Shown here: positions 40,301-50,743 of the stretch, in pieces
Layout of the letters: the number at the start of each line of letters is the position of its first letter
How positions within the stretch are numbered: the stretch's first letter is position 1
Assembly: GCA_963803145.1 (NCBI GenBank)
Contig: CAWDLW010000015.1
Span: 96,001 to 160,000, forward strand
Origin: Methanotrichaceae archaeon
GTDB lineage: Archaea > Halobacteriota > Methanosarcinia > Methanotrichales > Methanotrichaceae
Direction of reading: 5' to 3'
DNA: 64,000 nucleotides
Translations under genes and position numbers: made by a program
The notes under the pieces: generated by a model
Databases searched by the model: none
What the model saw: only the letters and a program-made list of their open reading frames with translations
What the model was told of the DNA's origin: nothing

Positions 40301-41527
40301 TTACATTGATGAATCCAGGGATTCGACGGTGATCACCTGATATTCATAATCTACTGTAGTCTTCTCCTTAGGCTCAAGGGACATCTTCCACTTTAAGCCT
40401 GTTGCAGTCATCTCAGTCGGCTGAAGAGAGATAGAGGTTATTTTAGCCTCCTTGGGACGTGTATCACTGACCTCCAAGACAGCTCTCCTATCGAGATTGT
40501 TCTCAACCTTGAGCTGATACTCCCACTTTTCTGTGGTCTCCTTCACAGCATGTGATATGTTTTCACTTGAACTAATCTCCTTGATGTTCTCTGTGATGTT
40601 ATAGTCCTTCAGCTTCTTTGAGACCTTTATATCTGGAGATGGGCCTACAACTATTGAGGCATTAGTTCCTGCAGGATTATAGGGCATAGTGATTGTAGAA
40701 ACATAATCATCGCCTTTGTATATCATTGCCTCTCCGGATGGCCATGGGGACGCAAGTGTATTATTCGCTCTTATCTCCTCTATGGCAGGCCCATTCTCAG
40801 AGGTATAGGCATCCCAGGCGTATATCCTGACAAGAGGTGCAACTTCCTCGAAGAAGGGGAATGCCACTTTCTTATTCGTCTCAAGATCTTTCCTTCCAGG
40901 AAGCTCGAAGATGTAGAGCGTCTCCAGATTTCCAGTGTTCCCCGTAGATATGGGCGCTGAAGCGGTCACGTTAGCTGAAGCAGTTTCAGCGTAGTTGTTA
41001 ATTTGCGCCGCTTGCCTGGCATAAACCTGCTCGACATCCGAGGGCAGACCAGCGACCAGCTTGATTCTCACGTTCTTTAGATCATCTCCGCCGCGATTCT
41101 CGACGATGGCATTCGCTGATATATTCACAGAGTCGTTGGCAAGGTGGAGGTAATACATGGGTGCCCACTCGCCTGCATCGCCCATTAGGTAGCTGAGAGC
41201 AAAGCTTTGGGCTCCAGGATGTGTGAAGTTCAGAGTATAAACTGGGCTATTATCATAGACTACGCGCTCAATTGTAGCATTGGTAACGGATAAAAGCACA
41301 GAGCTTTTGTCTGCCAAATCTGGAATATCTACAACGAACTTATGAACGCCCTCGGTGACATCAAGGTTCCCAGCGCGTTTCACAGAAAGGAGGCCGTCGG
41401 GATAAATGGTTACAGAATCAACAGGTAGGGTTATTGCTGTCGTAGCCTCGACCGTCTCCTCTGTAGAAGCGATCACAGGAATGCAGATCAAGGTCAACAG
41501 CACTATAAAAGCTACAAGAAGCTTCAT
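40301..41527 (-). CDS. Secreted DUF4139-like protein
   Basis: Signal peptide; VTIYPD, LSYL...W.P.Y, LKLVAG, LKWKMSLEPKEK...YEY. Confidence 0.75.
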   Translation of the reverse strand: MKLLVAFIVLLTLICIPVIASTEETVEATTAITLPVDSVTIYPDGLLSVKRAGNLDVTEGVHKFVVDIPDLADKSSVLLSVTNATIERVVYDNSPVYTLNFTHPGAQSFALSYLMGDAGEWAPMYYLHLANDSVNISANAIVENRGGDDLKNVRIKLVAGLPSDVEQVYARQAAQINNYAETASANVTASAPISTGNTGNLETLYIFELPGRKDLETNKKVAFPFFEEVAPLVRIYAWDAYTSENGPAIEEIRANNTLASPWPSGEAMIYKGDDYVSTITMPYNPAGTNASIVVGPSPDIKVSKKLKDYNITENIKEISSSENISHAVKETTEKWEYQLKVENNLDRRAVLEVSDTRPKEAKITSISLQPTEMTATGLKWKMSLEPKEKTTVDYEYQVITVESLDSSM

Positions 41528-41667
41528 TTTAAATCCCTCGACCCGAATTTAGCTGATAAAGGGTATATACCTTTTTATATGACCCGTGAAGCCATAAGCT
41601 ACATGCACGCAATGCTTATATTGCCGTGTTCAATTGAGAGTTAGAATCTGATTACACTGGTGTTTCA

Positions 41668-43350
41668 ATGTTTCTCGATTTCATGGGCGAGGTAGAGCTA
41701 TTGCTAACAACGGCTCTCGAACGCTGTGGGCTCAAGGTGGAGCCAGGCGTGAATAGCCTGGCGCTCGCAAGCAGTCCTCATGCAGATTTGGCATCTTCTG
41801 TATCTTTCAGGCTCGCGCCTGTGCTAAAGAAGAAGCCAGCCTCGATAGCTGAAGAGATTTACGAGGCAATTCCTGAAGAGCACAAATACGTTGATAGAGT
41901 CGAGCTAGTCGGCCCATATCTCAACTTCTTTATGAGCCGGCATTTTCTGAACGCCGTTTTAGATCAGGCGGTTGACGATGATTGCTGGAACGGCAACATG
42001 AGCCAGAAGGTCATAGTTGAGCATACATCAGCCAATCCAGATGGGCCGCTACATGTGGGCCACATCAGGAACTCAGTCATAGGCGATACTCTTGTGCGGA
42101 TACTGCGCAGGGCCGGCTGTGATGTAGATGCCCAGTACTACATAAACGATATGGGCAGACAGGAGGCGATGGTTGTCGTTGGGTGCAATCACTTCCAGCT
42201 CGACGGCTCGAAGCCGGATCATGCCATAGCCAAGGTCTACATTGCTGCCAACAAAGAGATGGAGTCAAATCCGAACATCAGAAAAGAGGCTGATGTAGTT
42301 ATAGAGATGTATGAGGCGGGCGATCCCGAAACCGAGAATAAGGTAAAGAGAGCAGTCGAATATGCCCTCAAGGGAATCGAGGAGACGCTTCATCGGATGA
42401 ACATCCGCCATGACAGCTATCACTGGGAATCGGAGTTCATCAGAAATGGAGATGTGGCTGAGATCATAAAGAATCTTGAAAAAACAGGCTTGACCGAATG
42501 GGACGAGGGGGCATTTCAGCTCGACCTGAGCGCTTACGGCTTTGAGAAGAAGATGGTCCTGAAGAGGGCTGATGGAACATCCCTTTACATTACGCGCGAC
42601 CTGGCCTACCACCGCTGGAAGGCTCTCAATTCAGACCGCGCTGTAGATATCCTAGGATCGGATCATAAGCTCATATCATCACAGCTCCGAACAGCACTTC
42701 GACTTTTGGGAATAAGGGAGCCTGAAATTGTCATATTCGAGTTTGTATCGCTTCCAACAGGCTCTATGTCCACACGCAAGGGCAAGTTCATCTCTGCGGA
42801 TGAGCTTTTGGACGAAGTTGAGAAGCAGGCGCTCATAGAGGTTACAAAACGCAGGCCGGAGGAAAGTGAGGAGTTCCGCCGTGAGGTCGCGAAGCAGGTG
42901 GCAGTTGGCGCAGTCAGATATGATGTGGTCAGAGTCTCCGCTGATAAAGCAACAATGTTCGATTGGAAGCAGGCGCTTGACTTCGAGAAGCTCTCTGCGC
43001 CTTTCATTCAATATTCTCATGCCCGCGCTTGCAGCATATTGCGCAAGGCTGGGGACATCGTGAAATACAACCCAGAGATTCTTACCGATGAGAATGAGAT
43101 AGCGCTGATAAAGAAGATCTCCGAGTTCGATATTGTGATAGATACATCAGCGAAGGAGCTGAAACCCAATCATCTGGCGACATACGCCCGCGAGCTTGCA
43201 GAAATCTTTAACCTCTTCTATAGGTTCAGCCCAGTTATCGATGCTCCTGATGATTTGAAGGCATCGAGGCTTGCGCTTGTCAGGGCTGCTAGGAATGCCC
43301 TGAAGGCTACGCTGGAGACGCTCGGAATACCTGCGTTAGAAACTATGTGA
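41668..43350 (+). CDS. argS: Arginine--tRNA ligase
   Basis: VEHTSANPDGPLHVGH, DMGRQ, MSTRKG, IQYSHAR, DALR domain. Confidence 0.97.
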   Translation: MFLDFMGEVELLLTTALERCGLKVEPGVNSLALASSPHADLASSVSFRLAPVLKKKPASIAEEIYEAIPEEHKYVDRVELVGPYLNFFMSRHFLNAVLDQAVDDDCWNGNMSQKVIVEHTSANPDGPLHVGHIRNSVIGDTLVRILRRAGCDVDAQYYINDMGRQEAMVVVGCNHFQLDGSKPDHAIAKVYIAANKEMESNPNIRKEADVVIEMYEAGDPETENKVKRAVEYALKGIEETLHRMNIRHDSYHWESEFIRNGDVAEIIKNLEKTGLTEWDEGAFQLDLSAYGFEKKMVLKRADGTSLYITRDLAYHRWKALNSDRAVDILGSDHKLISSQLRTALRLLGIREPEIVIFEFVSLPTGSMSTRKGKFISADELLDEVEKQALIEVTKRRPEESEEFRREVAKQVAVGAVRYDVVRVSADKATMFDWKQALDFEKLSAPFIQYSHARACSILRKAGDIVKYNPEILTDENEIALIKKISEFDIVIDTSAKELKPNHLATYARELAEIFNLFYRFSPVIDAPDDLKASRLALVRAARNALKATLETLGIPALETM

Positions 43351-43694
43351 ATCCGGCATTGAAGCTGGATATACTTTTAAATTTTTTGTCTTTGAAGGAT
43401 TGCTTTTAATTCCAGTGCCTCAGTTTTAAAGCGCCTCGTTCAAATTTTTACTTTATACCTGATTCCCCTCTTTGTGAACTAACTTTGAAAAGCATACGAT
43501 AAAATAACAATGGAAGTTTTGCCTAATTAACGAACCAATTGGCACTTAGTAAAATTGATTCAGGAGAGTGGTAATAGTAATATTAGCTGCAGTTCAGGCC
43601 ATCTTGATACCGAATACTACTTATATCATTAATTCTTTATGTTGATATTAGAAGGGAAAAAACAGGCGACTCACGCCGCAAGAATTCTGTTAAG

Positions 43695-44039
43695 GTGATG
43701 GCTGTGGACAAGATAGTTGGAGCTGATTACATATCGTTAAACGATATCAATAGACAGTTAAACCTGACTAAAAGCATAAGCGATAGCGATCCTCTGGCAA
43801 TTTGGGAGGAGGACGGCGAGAAGATAAGGCTACTAACAGATACAGTAAGATCGATGAAGCTCAATGGTCATCCCGGCGTCGAGCATGCTGAAAGAGAGCT
43901 TGAGGTTCTGAGGTGGAAAAGGTGCGATCTCGGAAGGCGGCTTTTGAGAAGCGTTCCAACAGGCGACGGACATACGATATGGTCTGAAAAGATCGAGGCA
44001 AGCAAGCACAAGGCTAAGGCACAGGCAGGGATTTATTAG
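43695..44039 (+). CDS. Hypothetical protein
   Basis: 114-aa ORF with AGGTG RBS and upstream TTTATAT box; no recognised motif. Confidence 0.6.
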   Translation: MMAVDKIVGADYISLNDINRQLNLTKSISDSDPLAIWEEDGEKIRLLTDTVRSMKLNGHPGVEHAERELEVLRWKRCDLGRRLLRSVPTGDGHTIWSEKIEASKHKAKAQAGIY

Positions 44040-44056
44040 CCTGTGGCATGATTCGA

Positions 44057-44938
44057 TCAAAGCCCATATAGCTCTTTTCTTCTGGCCTCAAGCATATTCG
44101 TCTCGCGTCCAGCATACTCTGCAGCATTCAGAACTTCTTTATCGTTCTCTAATGCATATTTGTAAACGCTAGCAAGCCGTTCCCTGTATTTTAGATCCCT
44201 GAGGAGATGATGATCGGCGATTATTGATCTCACAGAGGTGTTTTTTATCATATTATTGATATTATCTATTGCTGATTTCAGGCTCTCATGGGAGTATCTA
44301 TAGCCAAGCATATAGGTCATGGGCCCATCCAGTATCAGCAGATCTGGATTTTCCTGAATTACGAAGGCTGCCTGGTCAACGATAGAAAGACCTTCGACAT
44401 CACTGGTATGGACAATCTTTTCGCCGCCGCATGATATCGAGGTCTCAACCACATACCCGAGCTTCGAGCCTGTGCCATGGTACACTGCCGGTGAGAACTT
44501 GATCGTAGTAGAGCCGTGATGGAACTCGTTCCCATCAGCTACCTCTCGTTTTCCAGGCAGACTCTCGAGCTTTCCTAGAAAATAGGATGCTCTTCCTGAT
44601 TGGCTCCGGTTTATATTTCTCAACGGATCTTTGAGATAAACGATCTTATCTTTGTAGATGTTGGGCTCGTCTGGATTATGATGATCATAATGGTAGTGGG
44701 TCACTATCAAAACATCACTAATGGCCGCATGTTTTAACACATCATCCCATGTCTCATGCATTCGCTTAATCTCAAGAGGATGTGGTGGCAGGCCATATCT
44801 CTTCGGCCCAAGTGCAACTGCAGGATCTATCAAAATCCTCAGATCATCAGTTTCTACATATGTGGCCATCGACCGAACGCCGAGGCTATCGAACGCTAGG
44901 GGAATTACCCTCAGACTTTGAAGCTCCCTCCTCATCAT
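44057..44938 (-). CDS. UPF0282 MBL-fold metallo-hydrolase
   Basis: FDSLGVRSMAT, IDPAVALGP.RYGLPP, THYHYDH, SDVEG, DHHLLRD. Confidence 0.9.
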   Translation of the reverse strand: MMRRELQSLRVIPLAFDSLGVRSMATYVETDDLRILIDPAVALGPKRYGLPPHPLEIKRMHETWDDVLKHAAISDVLIVTHYHYDHHNPDEPNIYKDKIVYLKDPLRNINRSQSGRASYFLGKLESLPGKREVADGNEFHHGSTTIKFSPAVYHGTGSKLGYVVETSISCGGEKIVHTSDVEGLSIVDQAAFVIQENPDLLILDGPMTYMLGYRYSHESLKSAIDNINNMIKNTSVRSIIADHHLLRDLKYRERLASVYKYALENDKEVLNAAEYAGRETNMLEARRKELYGL

Positions 44939-45029
44939 AAGGTTGTGCTATCGCTTCTGAGAGTTATATTTTTGGGGTAAGTTGATTATAAAATCAGCCG
45001 GCCATAATGTTTAAGTTTACTACGCCGTA

Positions 45030-45455
45030 ATGCGACCAATTGCTATGGGTTACCTTGAGGAGATTAGAAACCGCGGGAGAGCGGCCAATCCATTTTTAGT
45101 TCTCATGGGCATCGATGTGGAATCCTTTGGTGACGGCAAAGCCACGCTATCTATGAGTGTGCGTCAGGATATGCTAAACGGAGTTGGCTGGCTGCAAGGC
45201 GGCCTTTATGTTGCTTTGTGTGATGAAGCTATGGCACTTGCCCTTTACTCAGTCCTGGAAGAAGGAGAGCTGATTGCTACAATATCCGAGAATACATCAT
45301 ATCTGCAGGGCGTTCGAAGTGGATTGGTCTATGCAGAGGCGCAGGTCATCAAGAAGGGACGACATGTGGCATTTATGCAAGGTTATGTAAAGAGCGCTGA
45401 AGGTGTTCTCCTTTCCCAGACATGGGCATCGTTTACGGTCTTCAGGAGATCATGA
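45030..45455 (+). CDS. PaaI family hot-dog thioesterase
   Basis: NGVGWLQGG...CDEAM, KKGR. Confidence 0.87.
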   Translation: MRPIAMGYLEEIRNRGRAANPFLVLMGIDVESFGDGKATLSMSVRQDMLNGVGWLQGGLYVALCDEAMALALYSVLEEGELIATISENTSYLQGVRSGLVYAEAQVIKKGRHVAFMQGYVKSAEGVLLSQTWASFTVFRRS

Positions 45456-45620
45456 TCACCTTTATTATATGAAGAGGTAAAAGTTGCCATACCCGTATCA
45501 ATCAGCCTGATGGCATACCTTTCCAGAAAAGTCCTTGTTCCATTTTAGTATCGAACTTTTGTATCTTGCTATAAGAGCTAGCAAAGCAACAAAAACGTTT
45601 GGCGGAAGCTAAAACCGCCT

Positions 45621-45827
45621 TTACCCTGCGGGCCTAAAGCCGGTCATGCCTTTATCGCCTAGTTGCAGCTTGCGAACCATCTCAGACGCAGCTCGGGCAT
45701 CGTTCGCTTCTGCCAAAATAAGCGCTTTGTTTAACTGAGTTCTCTTACCACAGGGGCATGTTCTTGTTTTCGAGCCTGCGGGCGCATAAAGGTGGCGTCC
45801 GCAGCTACATCTGAATACCAAATACAA
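45621..45827 (-). CDS. DUF1922 zinc-ribbon protein
   Basis: YLVFRC.CGR.LYA...KTRTC.CG. Confidence 0.85.
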   Translation of the reverse strand: MYLVFRCSCGRHLYAPAGSKTRTCPCGKRTQLNKALILAEANDARAASEMVRKLQLGDKGMTGFRPAG

Positions 45828-45833
45828 AAGAGA

Positions 45834-46217
45834 TCACTGGGGCGGTAGCAGGACAGCGTTTATAACCCCATCCTGGCCAGGCCTGTTTGTGACCGTTGCG
45901 TCGCCAAGCTCAGTCTTGATGACTGCACCCTTGGTGATTATGTTTCTTCTCATGTAGTGGAGATTGGCTTTATTGTCCTTGACGGTCTCTATCTTGACCG
46001 GCGTGGATTTTCCAGTCTTTGGATCTGTAACAGTTGCGATATTACCCCGGAGTATTTTCATCTTTTGATTTCCTCCATAGGTCTCGACTGCCTTAGTCCT
46101 GACATCTCCAATGGTCGTATCGCTCGCCTCACGGCCGATCTCGAACTTCTTCTTGCCACGGGCCAGGATCAACCTTCCGCCTGTGGACTTCCTTCCTGAT
46201 TCTCCTTGCCAACGCAT
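45834..46217 (-). CDS. rps8e: 30S ribosomal protein S8e
   Basis: [29 protein letters not shown]. Confidence 0.97.
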   Translation of the reverse strand: MRWQGESGRKSTGGRLILARGKKKFEIGREASDTTIGDVRTKAVETYGGNQKMKILRGNIATVTDPKTGKSTPVKIETVKDNKANLHYMRRNIITKGAVIKTELGDATVTNRPGQDGVINAVLLPPQ

Positions 46218-46305
46218 AATAAATTCCTCAGACCGGGTTCATTCTTTTGGGCACGGTATTTAACCATTTTGGTTACGGTAGACGCGAAGTACCAGGCTGC
46301 CTCTG

Positions 46306-47850
46306 TTAGCTTAGGCGTTTGATCATGTAAGGCCCCAACAGATCATAGCCAGTCCTTTTGTAGTACCCCCGAGCCCCTATGCCGCTTGTTATCTCTATGG
46401 AGCGATACCCATTCTCTCTGGCGATGCTCTCTGCCATCTGGACTAACCTGGAGCCATATCCTTTATGCTGCCAGCCATCCTTTCTGGTCCCTATAGGTAC
46501 AAGAGGACCGTAGATATGCAACTCCCGAACTCGAGCTATAGCTCCGAGCCTTAGTCGCAGGAAGCCCACAAGCGACTCATCATCTCCCTCGAAGGATAGG
46601 AAATATTCTTTGGCTCCACACGCCTCATAGGATTCCTGTTTCAGCTCAATACGTTCAATATCGTCCCCAGATATCCCGCGAAGCCCAGCTTCACGGCAGC
46701 GGATGCAATTACATCTTTGCCCACGCGTCCGTAGCCTCTGACCTGCAAGCTGACGCAGATTCGATTTTTTCACGCCCGCCACTATTAGGTGGGCGGGGAT
46801 ATCCCTCTGCACCCTCTGCAAGCGAACATACCTGGGCAGAAGCGCCTTCACACGGGAGACTAGCTCTGTGGCATCTTCATCTCCAAGAGGCTGGTACTCA
46901 CTCCGTAGGTACATCTCATAGAGTTCAGTCCCCTCTACCACGAGCGTAGGATAGATCTTGAGGTAATCAGGCCTGAACCGCGGATCCTGGAAAAGCTCCT
47001 TAAAAACATCTAGATCCATTTCTGGACTCGAACCCGGCAGCCCGGGCATCATGTGAAATCCTACTTTTAGACCGGCTTCACGTAAGGATTCATTTGCCTT
47101 AACAGTATCCTCTACCAAGTGACCTCTCTTCATGGCCATTAATAGGTCATCTCTAATGCTCTGAACGCCAAGCTCAACCTTTGTTGCTCCGAGGCTCAGC
47201 ATCCTTGCTATCTGCTCAGGCTTACACCAATCAGGTCTTGTCTCGAAGGTTGTTCCTATATTCCTCACAGATGCGCGCTCATTTTCATTAGCAACATCCC
47301 CAAATGACCGCCATCCGACAGTCTGCTTCATGGGATAATCATTCATAGCCATAAGGCAGCGCTTAACAAACCATTGCTGATAACCCAATGGCCTGGATGT
47401 AATTGTACCTCCCATAATAATAAGCTCAGCCTTATCCAATGGATGACCTATCTCATTTAGCTGGCCAAGCCGAGCCATAACCTGATCGTAAGGATCGAAG
47501 TTGTGCTGTGCAGCTCTCATAGCTGCAGGCTCTCTGCCTGTATAGCTCTGTGGAGAAGAGCTGCAGATGCCTCCAGGGCAGGGAATACATATCCCATGAG
47601 GGCAGCGCACAGGCGATGTCATCGCTGCTATCACAGCCACGCCTGATAATGTACGAGTCGGCTTTCGCACAAGCATCTTCAGCCTTTCGCGCTCCTCAGG
47701 CAGGGCAGAGCCAAGGATATCGGCATTGCTTGGCAGAGATGAGAGACCTAAGCTAGATGCGGCCGACTTTTTCATTGCCTCAAGCTCTGCCTCGCCCTTT
47801 ATCTCACCAGATAGAAGGGCATCGACAATATTTCGCAAGCCCGCCTTCAT
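46306..47850 (-). CDS. elp3: tRNA uridine(34) acetyltransferase Elp3
   Basis: RTLSGVA, CPHGICIPCPGG, QSYTG.EPA, ETRPD, KIYPTLV, GNAT domain RELHIYG..QHKGYG. Confidence 0.95.
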   Translation of the reverse strand: MKAGLRNIVDALLSGEIKGEAELEAMKKSAASSLGLSSLPSNADILGSALPEERERLKMLVRKPTRTLSGVAVIAAMTSPVRCPHGICIPCPGGICSSSPQSYTGREPAAMRAAQHNFDPYDQVMARLGQLNEIGHPLDKAELIIMGGTITSRPLGYQQWFVKRCLMAMNDYPMKQTVGWRSFGDVANENERASVRNIGTTFETRPDWCKPEQIARMLSLGATKVELGVQSIRDDLLMAMKRGHLVEDTVKANESLREAGLKVGFHMMPGLPGSSPEMDLDVFKELFQDPRFRPDYLKIYPTLVVEGTELYEMYLRSEYQPLGDEDATELVSRVKALLPRYVRLQRVQRDIPAHLIVAGVKKSNLRQLAGQRLRTRGQRCNCIRCREAGLRGISGDDIERIELKQESYEACGAKEYFLSFEGDDESLVGFLRLRLGAIARVRELHIYGPLVPIGTRKDGWQHKGYGSRLVQMAESIARENGYRSIEITSGIGARGYYKRTGYDLLGPYMIKRLS

Positions 47851-48362
47851 TCCATCCAAATTAGTACCTCTTCCATATTCCTCTTCGGCGAAGCTGTGGG
47901 CTCTTCAGCAGGCCACCCTACTGAGATCAAGGCAATTGGCAGCATATGCTCCTCAAGTCCAAGAATATCGCGCGCGAGATCATCATCAAATGCTCCATTC
48001 CAGCAGGCCCCTAGACCCAGATCGTAAGCAGCAAGAAGGAGACACATAGCAGCTGCTGTCGCATCCTGGATTGCAAAAAGGTTTCCGCGATCGCCGTAGC
48101 GCTGCTTAGATCTATCAACATCTGCACATACTACTATTATCAAAGGAGCACTATCAATCTGTCTTTGGCCGTAAGATGCCACCGCCAGAGCTTTACGGGT
48201 CTCAGACCTCGTTACTGCTATATATTTTCTGGCACGGAGATTGCCTGCCGAGGGCGCATTCTCCGCGGCATCGATAAGCTTTAGCAAAATATCATTGGGC
48301 ACCGGCTCGGCTTTGTATCTCCTTACAGACCTTCGTCCTTTAAGGACATCATTTAGATCCAT
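47847..48362 (-). CDS. Nitroreductase family protein
   Basis: RRSVRRY, APSAGN, LGLGACW. Confidence 0.92.
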   Translation of the reverse strand: MDLNDVLKGRRSVRRYKAEPVPNDILLKLIDAAENAPSAGNLRARKYIAVTRSETRKALAVASYGQRQIDSAPLIIVVCADVDRSKQRYGDRGNLFAIQDATAAAMCLLLAAYDLGLGACWNGAFDDDLARDILGLEEHMLPIALISVGWPAEEPTASPKRNMEEVLIWME

Positions 48363-48446
48363 ATATTTAGAATTGAAGCTTATTAGATAAGAAGCCGCTT
48401 GGATGAAGACCTGGAATACACGGGCTTCAACTGTCTCAACTATATC

Positions 48447-49379
48447 CTAACTATATTCTCCTCTGAAAACAGGCTCTTGCCTTCCTAGCTGCCTCAAAGC
48501 GAAGCCATCTTCATCCATAACTAGATACGTATCCGTATTCCCCGACGAACCATTTCCATTATGCATGAAGCTTCCTGTGTTCACAATAACAAGCCCGCTC
48601 CTTCGACAGATTCCAGGCATATGTGTGTCTCCATATATGAAGCAATCCACGCTCCCAAGCTGACGCTCCCTTATGAATCTGGTTATGGCATCGTACTGTG
48701 CCTCTGTAGGTATGGGTCTCCTGAAAATACCTGTCTTGAACCTGTTGAATGCACTTGAGGCACTCCAGATCCTTTCCTCAAGATTCGCTATCTCGCCTAT
48801 GTAGCTTGAACGATAGATGCCCTCATAGGCGCAGGTTATCATCGTCTCCATATCTGCAGGGGAGATCTCTTTGCCTGAGAGCCGCCTTAGCTTTTCCAAG
48901 CGAAGATATAGTGTTCCCATGACGTTAAGATGATGGCCATGTGTAAATAGGACCCTTCGGCCGAATATGCTAGCTGTGTATACCGGATAGAACGTGCTTA
49001 TCCTGAGGCCGTTTATGACCTGTCTCCATCTCATGCTGGGGGTATATACGGGATAGGCATCTCCTCTGGCAATCCTTTCGAGGAATTCGCTCTCTTGGTT
49101 CATGACTGCCATGTGATGATCATGATTTCCGACAATGTAGCTTATCTGTGCATCAAGATCAGATAGCCTTTTGAAAAAGTATGCTGAATCGCGAATGGCC
49201 CTCTCAGGGGTCGACTTCCAGAAGTCAAAGATATCTCCAAGAAGAATGACCTGGTCACAGCCCCGTCCATACCTCCACATATCTGATAAAAGGCGATCAA
49301 CCATCTTCGGGTTGGCTAATGTGGCCGAATCCAAGCCGAAGTGCGTATCAGATATGACAAAAGTCGAAGCCATAACCAT
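48447..49379 (-). CDS. Calcineurin-like metallophosphoesterase
   Basis: ISDTHFG, LGDIFDFW, GNHD, THGH, GDTH, NTGS. Confidence 0.88.
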   Translation of the reverse strand: MVMASTFVISDTHFGLDSATLANPKMVDRLLSDMWRYGRGCDQVILLGDIFDFWKSTPERAIRDSAYFFKRLSDLDAQISYIVGNHDHHMAVMNQESEFLERIARGDAYPVYTPSMRWRQVINGLRISTFYPVYTASIFGRRVLFTHGHHLNVMGTLYLRLEKLRRLSGKEISPADMETMITCAYEGIYRSSYIGEIANLEERIWSASSAFNRFKTGIFRRPIPTEAQYDAITRFIRERQLGSVDCFIYGDTHMPGICRRSGLVIVNTGSFMHNGNGSSGNTDTYLVMDEDGFALRQLGRQEPVFRGEYS

Positions 49380-49518
49380 CCCCCTTCATTCCCAAAACTG
49401 CTATAACTGTTATTATTTATAAATATTATGAGCCATCAGGGACTAAAGCGCAATGTTTCAAGCAAGACAAAACGAGCAAAAGACAAAAATATCTGCGCTA
49501 GGAAGTTTTCAGCCATCA

Positions 49519-50391
49519 ATGATAGATATCGCAATTCCCAAGGGCAGCCTGCTGAACCAGACGTTACAGCTCTTTGAACAGGCGGGCCTCGAGATCAAGA
49601 GGACGGAACGTGAGTACAACGCGAGGATTGCAGATCCACGCATAGGCAAGGTCAAGATCCTCAGGCCTCAGGAGATCCCTGCTTACGTCTCAAAGGGCTA
49701 CTTCGATCTGGGCATCTCAGGAACTGATTGGATAATGGAATCACGGGCGGACGTTGCAACGGTCACTGAACTTAACTACGGCAAACAGGGTCCTGGCAGG
49801 GTTAAGGTAGCAGTGGCGGTTCCTGACAGCCAGGATATCAAAAGTGCACGTGACATAAAGCCAGGAAGTAGAGTCGCTACCGAATATCCAAACTTAACAA
49901 AGTCGTTCTTCGATGGTCTGAACATACCAGTCGATATCCAATTCTCCTACGGCGCAACAGAGGCCAAGGTCCCCGAGCTTACGGATGTTGTAGTGGACCT
50001 TACCGAGACCGGCTCAACTCTGAGGAAGAACGGCCTGAAGATCGTAGATGTGATACTTGAATCCACATCTGAGCTGATAGCTAACAGGAAAAGTTGGTCG
50101 GATCAGGAGAAGCACGAGGACATAATGGCAATAGAGACGCTTCTATCTGCTGTGATCCGTGCACGCGGCAAGGTATTGCTGGATATGAACGTGCCGGAGG
50201 CCAATGTGAAGGACGTGATAGCTATTCTGCCGAGCATGAAGAATCCTACAGTATCCAAGCTGTACAACTCAGGCTTCTGCGCAGTTGAGAGCGTTGTCGA
50301 TAGATCCCAGGTCAATCTTCTCATACCCAAGCTTAAGAAGGCAGGTGCGACGGATATCTTGGAGCTGGCGATCTCCAAAATAGTCCCTTGA
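49519..50391 (+). CDS. hisG: ATP phosphoribosyltransferase (long form)
   Basis: IAIPKGSL, RPQEIP, ATEYP, SYGATE, DLTETGSTL; ACT-like C-terminus. Confidence 0.96.
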   Translation: MIDIAIPKGSLLNQTLQLFEQAGLEIKRTEREYNARIADPRIGKVKILRPQEIPAYVSKGYFDLGISGTDWIMESRADVATVTELNYGKQGPGRVKVAVAVPDSQDIKSARDIKPGSRVATEYPNLTKSFFDGLNIPVDIQFSYGATEAKVPELTDVVVDLTETGSTLRKNGLKIVDVILESTSELIANRKSWSDQEKHEDIMAIETLLSAVIRARGKVLLDMNVPEANVKDVIAILPSMKNPTVSKLYNSGFCAVESVVDRSQVNLLIPKLKKAGATDILELAISKIVP

Positions 50392-50743
50392 AACCACTTT
50401 GAGTTACATGGATATAGTTCTAATATAAACCGACGAATGTAGTGTGAATTTTGCAGTCGTAAGCCATGTCCTTTAGGATATAGAACAAAACGAGTGTAAT
50501 TTATTTTATCCTAATATTGCCACTGCTTGCAGTAAGGTATGCCGCTGCAGTTTTACTTATGCCTTCCTCCCAGTAGTCCACCTGCATTGTCACCTCTCGC
50601 ACCAGTGCATAGGCATCTCCCATCTGCCCAACGACAGTTAGGGTTCTTCTCGCATTCGCCTTTCTTTTTTTCTCTAAATTCCAGCTGAGGGACATTAATG
50701 CGATTCCTGGTTTTTTCTATCTGAAACTTTGCTTAAAGTAATT

